Source: Octopus bimaculoides
Taxonomy: Eukaryota
Direction of reading: 5' to 3'
DNA: 53,817 bases
NCBI RefSeq assembly: GCF_001194135.2
Contig: NC_068985.1
Span: 6,307,362-6,361,178 of the forward strand
Shown: piece by piece, positions 49,817-53,817 of the stretch
How positions within the stretch are numbered: position 1 is the stretch's first letter
How the letters are laid out: every line of letters starts with the position of its first letter
The notes under the pieces: generated by a model
The model's input: the letters and a program-made list of their open reading frames with translations, nothing else
Databases searched by the model: none
What the model was told of the DNA's origin: nothing
Made by a program: the position numbers and the translations under genes

Positions 49817-50188
49817 GCGCACCGTCGGTTACGACGACGAGAGTTCCAGTTGATCAGATCAACGGAACAGCCTGCTCGTGAAAGTAACGTGCAAGTGGCT
49901 GAGCACTCCACAGACAAGTGTACTCTTAATGTATTTCTCGGGGAGATCCAGCGTGACACAGAATAGAATGTGACAATGCTGGTCCTCTAAAATACAGGTA
50001 CAACAGAAACAGGAAGAAAGAGTGAGAGAAAGTTGTGGTGAAAGTGTATAGCAGGGATCACCCTCCCCCTGCCGCAGCTTCGTGGGGCTTTGGGTGTTTT
50101 CCCCTCAATAAACACTCACAACGATGGGTCTGGAAATCGAAACTGCAATACCACGACAGCGAGACTGCTGCCCTAACCACTGGGCAAT
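49817..50188 (-). mobile_element. tRNA-derived SINE, family C
   Basis: Matches 7102-7462 and 14068-14411 along its length. Confidence 0.9.
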
Positions 50189-50294
50189 CGCAGCTGTCAG
50201 CAAATCCAGTGCAAATACTATGTTTATCATAGTGTCTCTTTCAAGGCTAATATAGATCATTCAGTGATGAAGTGTTCAACTGTTTCTCTAATTA

Positions 50295-50505
50295 CAGTTC
50301 TATATTTAAGAGATGAGGAATCATTTACGTTATTTACATTATTTACATTTGACGGATATTTGTCCTCGTCTTGTTTGTTACTAACACAACGCTTCGGCTG
50401 ATATAACCTCCAGCCTTCATCAGGTGTCTTGGGGAAATTCCGGACCTGGGTACTCATTCCTAAGGTATTTGTTGATGCTGTTATTATTATTATTATTATT
50501 ATTAT

Positions 50506-50561
<56 letters not shown>

Positions 50562-50640
50562 CTCCTCAGGTCACTGCGTGGAATCGAACTCGGAATCTTG
50601 GGGTTAGTAGCCCACGCTCTTAATCACTACGCCATATGCC
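50295..50640 (-). mobile_element. Hammerhead-tailed SINE-like element, copy 1: tRNA-like head (50640-50565), (CTA)n(ATA)n linker, HHR (50428-50383), 9-bp tandem tail
   Basis: Minus strand GGCATATGGCGTAGTGATTAAGAGCGTGGGCTACTAACCCCAAGATTCCGAGTTCGATTCC has A- and B-boxes. Then GACAC-CTGATGA-A-GGCTG-GAGGTTATAT-CAGCC-GAAGC-GTT-GTGTT, then (AATGTAAAT)n-like repeats. Confidence 0.85.
50383..50428 (-). ncRNA. Candidate type-I hammerhead ribozyme (stems I and II intact, GAAA changed to GAAG)
   Basis: Stem I GACAC/GUGUU, core CUGAUGA, extra A, stem II GGCUG/CAGCC, GAAG, C-GUU. Confidence 0.6.
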
Positions 50641-51919
50641 ATATGTTTCTATAATTGCATAGCAAAGAAAGAGTAACATTCTCCACCACTTTTAAGAATG
50701 ATGGCTGGGTAAATTCTTATGAGTAAACACTACTCTACACCTGTAATGATGCCCTCCCTTCTGATTAGAATCTAGATGAGGGCACAGACTGATAGGTCAT
50801 ATCTGTATATACAGCAGAATGGTTGTTTATTTTAAAAGGTATGTCCTTTACAATGGCTGCCTTTCACATCGTTTATGCAGCTCTGAGATACCATTTGTTT
50901 GACTTCTGATTTTAGTTGCTTTACTTTCACGGTGGGTTCCTCAGTTTTATCTTAACTTCATTGCAGTCTCAGCACTCTTTTATATACTTTACATATTTAA
51001 GAATGAAATATGAATTTTTTTGTTTCTTGGTACTTTTATTCTCGCTGTGTGCTTCAAGAAAACTTTTATTAATATTCTTCAAACCAGTTTGCTGTTTTCG
51101 ACGCAGTTCCAGCTGAGTCCCTCCACATCCTTTTGTGAGATATAATCTGTGCATTTCTGTGTTACTCTCGACAGATAATTTTATGGTATTAACAAGCATA
51201 GCCAGAGTATAGATGGTTCACTCCAATTTCTTGCACTCAACTCACATTTTAATATATATTCTCCTGTACGATGAGATGTTTACGTATATCCTCGTGCATT
51301 TCCGTGTGCTGGATGCTACCCACTCCAATACACCCAAATGATTATATTTTCCCTCAGGATCTAATTCTGTTATATGGCAGTCCCGTCATGTAGTACGATA
51401 TTGGGTCTCATTTTTTTTGGTTTCCGTTAAAAATGTAGCTTTAAAACATTTATCCATGTCAAACGCTATTTTATTATCGTTAGTAAACAGTTCTCTTAAA
51501 GTTAAAACCGTTCAGATGTTTGATCAAATTTACCAAAATCTTTTGATCATCCATGTGGAGGAGGTGTTTTATCGATCTATCTTGTATTCTGTAACCAAGT
51601 CTAGTGTGTTTTACAACATACTTAGAGGAATAAGAAATTTTAAGAAGACGAATAGTTATAAATAACGGGCTGGAGAATGTCGTATTTTATATTAAAATCA
51701 CCAGTGTTTAGACTAGCTGCCATTCATACTATTCTGTGGAAACGAATATACAACCGATAAGATTTTATAGATTTCCAAGCATTATCATTGCTCAACACAA
51801 CAATGCTGAAGACTACAAACGGTTTTCTGCTGCGAATCCATGCAATAGGAAGATTTTTATGTCGCATATCGCAGATCGTCATTATACTAAATAGAAGTTA
51901 ATCTTTACACTCACACGAT

Positions 51920-51970
51920 GCGCGGAACCGTGTGATTGGTAAGCAAGATACTCACTACACAGCCACTCCT
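51920..51970 (-). mobile_element. Family B SINE head fragment
   Basis: CGGAACCGTGTGATTGGTAAGCAAGATACTCACTACACAGCCACTCCT. Confidence 0.75.
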
Positions 51971-52030
51971 CAGATCTGTTGACTCTCTCTCTATCTCTAT
52001 CTTTCTCTCCCTCTCCCCTCCCTCTATTTC

Positions 52031-52081
<51 letters not shown>

Positions 52082-52713
52082 NNNNNNNNNNNNNNNNNNN
52101 NNNNNNNNNNNNNNNNNNNNNNNNNNNNNNNNNNNNNNNNNNNNNNNNNNNNNNNNNNNNNNNNNNNNNNNNNNNNNNNNNNNNNNNNNNNNNNNNNNNN
52201 NNNNNNNNNNNNNNNNNNNNNNNNNNNNNNNNNNNNNNNNNNNNNNNNNNNNNNNNNNNNNNNNNNNNNNNNNNNNNNNNNNNNNNNNNNNNNNNNNNNN
52301 NNNNNNNNNNNNNNNNNNNNNNNNNNNNNNNNNNNNNNNNNNNNNNNNNNNNNNNNNNNNNNNNNNNNNNNNNNNNNNNNNNNNNNNNNNNNNNNNNNNN
52401 NNNNNNNNNNNNNNNNNNNNNNNNNNNNNNNNNNNNNNNNNNNNNNNNNNNNNNNNNNNNNNNNNNNNNNNNNNNNNNNNNNNNNNNNNNNNNNNNNNNN
52501 NNNNNNNNNNNNNNNNNNNNNNNNNNNNNNNNNNNNNNNNNNNNNNNNNNNNNNNNNNNNNNNNNNNNNNNNNNNNNNNNNNNNNNNNNNNNNNNNNNNN
52601 NNNNNNNNNNNNNNNNNNNNNNNNNNNNNNNNNNNNNNNNNNNNNNNNNNNNNNNNNNNNNNNNNNNNNNNNNNNNNNNNNNNNNNNNNNNNNNNNNNNN
52701 NNNNNNNNNNNNN
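52082..52713. other. Assembly gap
   Basis: Run of N flanked by (TA)n. Confidence 1.
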
Positions 52714-52747
<34 letters not shown>

Positions 52748-53384
52748 TATGGAGAAAAAAATCAAGGTAGATAATTCTAAAATGATTTTATGAAAAACAT
52801 TTCAGTACCGGTTTTGGTCATTGAAACTTTTTCAACGGTAAGTACGGAAAACAATTAAATTTTGGATAAATTAAATGAAAAGCTTTTTAAAAGAATATTT
52901 GTAGAGTATTCAAATACAAGGGGCATTTTCCTTGTTTCTGCCTCTCTCTCTCTCTCTCTTGTTTACTGTTGTGGATTCGAGGTCGTTGTATATATATATA
53001 TATAAACAATGTACTGAACCGTGATGAAAAGTTCAACAAAAAAGTACTGAGAGATAGATATTAATTATTTAAAGGTCACAATAGATGTATTAAAATGCTA
53101 CTGATAATTTCATATTTTGAGAGAATTCAAACATATTCTTCAGGAGCAAACCACATATCATAACGAACTTAAGAAATTGAATAAATAGAAGAAACGCGAT
53201 GAAGCTGAAAAGTCAGCATAAACGAAACTCAGACAGTAAACAACGGAAAACGAAAAGGGAAAACGAAAGTAAGTGTATTAATAGATCAAAACAGTTAGAT
53301 TAAAATTCGTTGATACTATTCAGTTGCAAGCACGACGCTAGTCGTCAGCCATTTTGCATTTAAATGTATACATATATATACTTT

Positions 53385-53605
53385 TATTCTTTTATACATT
53401 TTATTTGTATCAATTAGTTGATTACAGTCATGCTGGCGCACCACCTTTGGTCCCCAAAATAGACCCCACGACATATTTTTGTAAGCCTAAAACTTATCCC
53501 ATCGGTTGTTTTGACGAACCGTTAAGTTACGGAGACATAAACACACCAACCTCAGTTGTCAAATGATACACATACACACACACACACACACACACGCACA
53601 CACAC

Positions 53606-53686
<81 letters not shown>

Positions 53687-53690
53687 CCGG
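53385..53690 (-). mobile_element. Family B SINE, 3' part, with adjoining CA/TA/TG microsatellite
   Basis: CAGTCATGCTGGCGCACCACCTTT...GTAAGCCTA...TAAGTTACGGAGACATAAACACACCAAC. Confidence 0.8.
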
Positions 53691-53817
53691 AGTAAGCACA
53701 TGAAATGTGCAACAAGGTGGAAAAAAGAGTACTCAAATACCAGAGGTAGAGTAATATGCTTTATTTAAAAGCAGCAGAAATATAACAAAAACCGTTGCTC
53801 TGAGTTTCACGTTCCCG

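Noticed and set aside
50565-50640. tRNA gene (CTACTAA loop, ACT anticodon-like)
   Set aside because: No acceptor stem, only 3 bp of anticodon stem, and it runs into a microsatellite; it is a SINE head, not a tRNA.

Overview
AT-rich, repeat-dominated eukaryotic DNA, intergenic or inside a very large intron, with six assembly gaps that all abut (TA)n tracts. The repeat content (three tRNA-headed SINE families, dense CA/TA/ATCT/AAT microsatellites, mariner remnants) resembles octopus/cephalopod genomes as I recall them; this is an inference and was not searched. I cannot support any host protein-coding exon. Almost all ORFs in the track are microsatellite or gap artefacts. The only recognisable protein motifs are dead transposon fragments: three mariner elements, one maT/DD37D-like fragment, one FLYWCH/Mutator-like fragment and one R4/Dong-like LINE N-terminus. 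The main unexplained signal is RNA-level: at least four small non-coding repeat families carry minimal type-I hammerhead ribozyme (HHR) cores (CUGA[U/A]GA, one extra purine, stem II, GAAA, tiny stem III). One is a SINE-like element with a tRNA-derived Pol III head, a microsatellite linker and an HHR tail (50.3-50.6 kb; a second copy at 48.1-48.4 kb carries a different tRNA head). The other three are foldback elements that look like MITEs but have HHR cores in the arms or loop (8.0, 16.2-16.8 and 34.0-34.4 kb). All structures were read by eye, and SINE boundaries are approximate.
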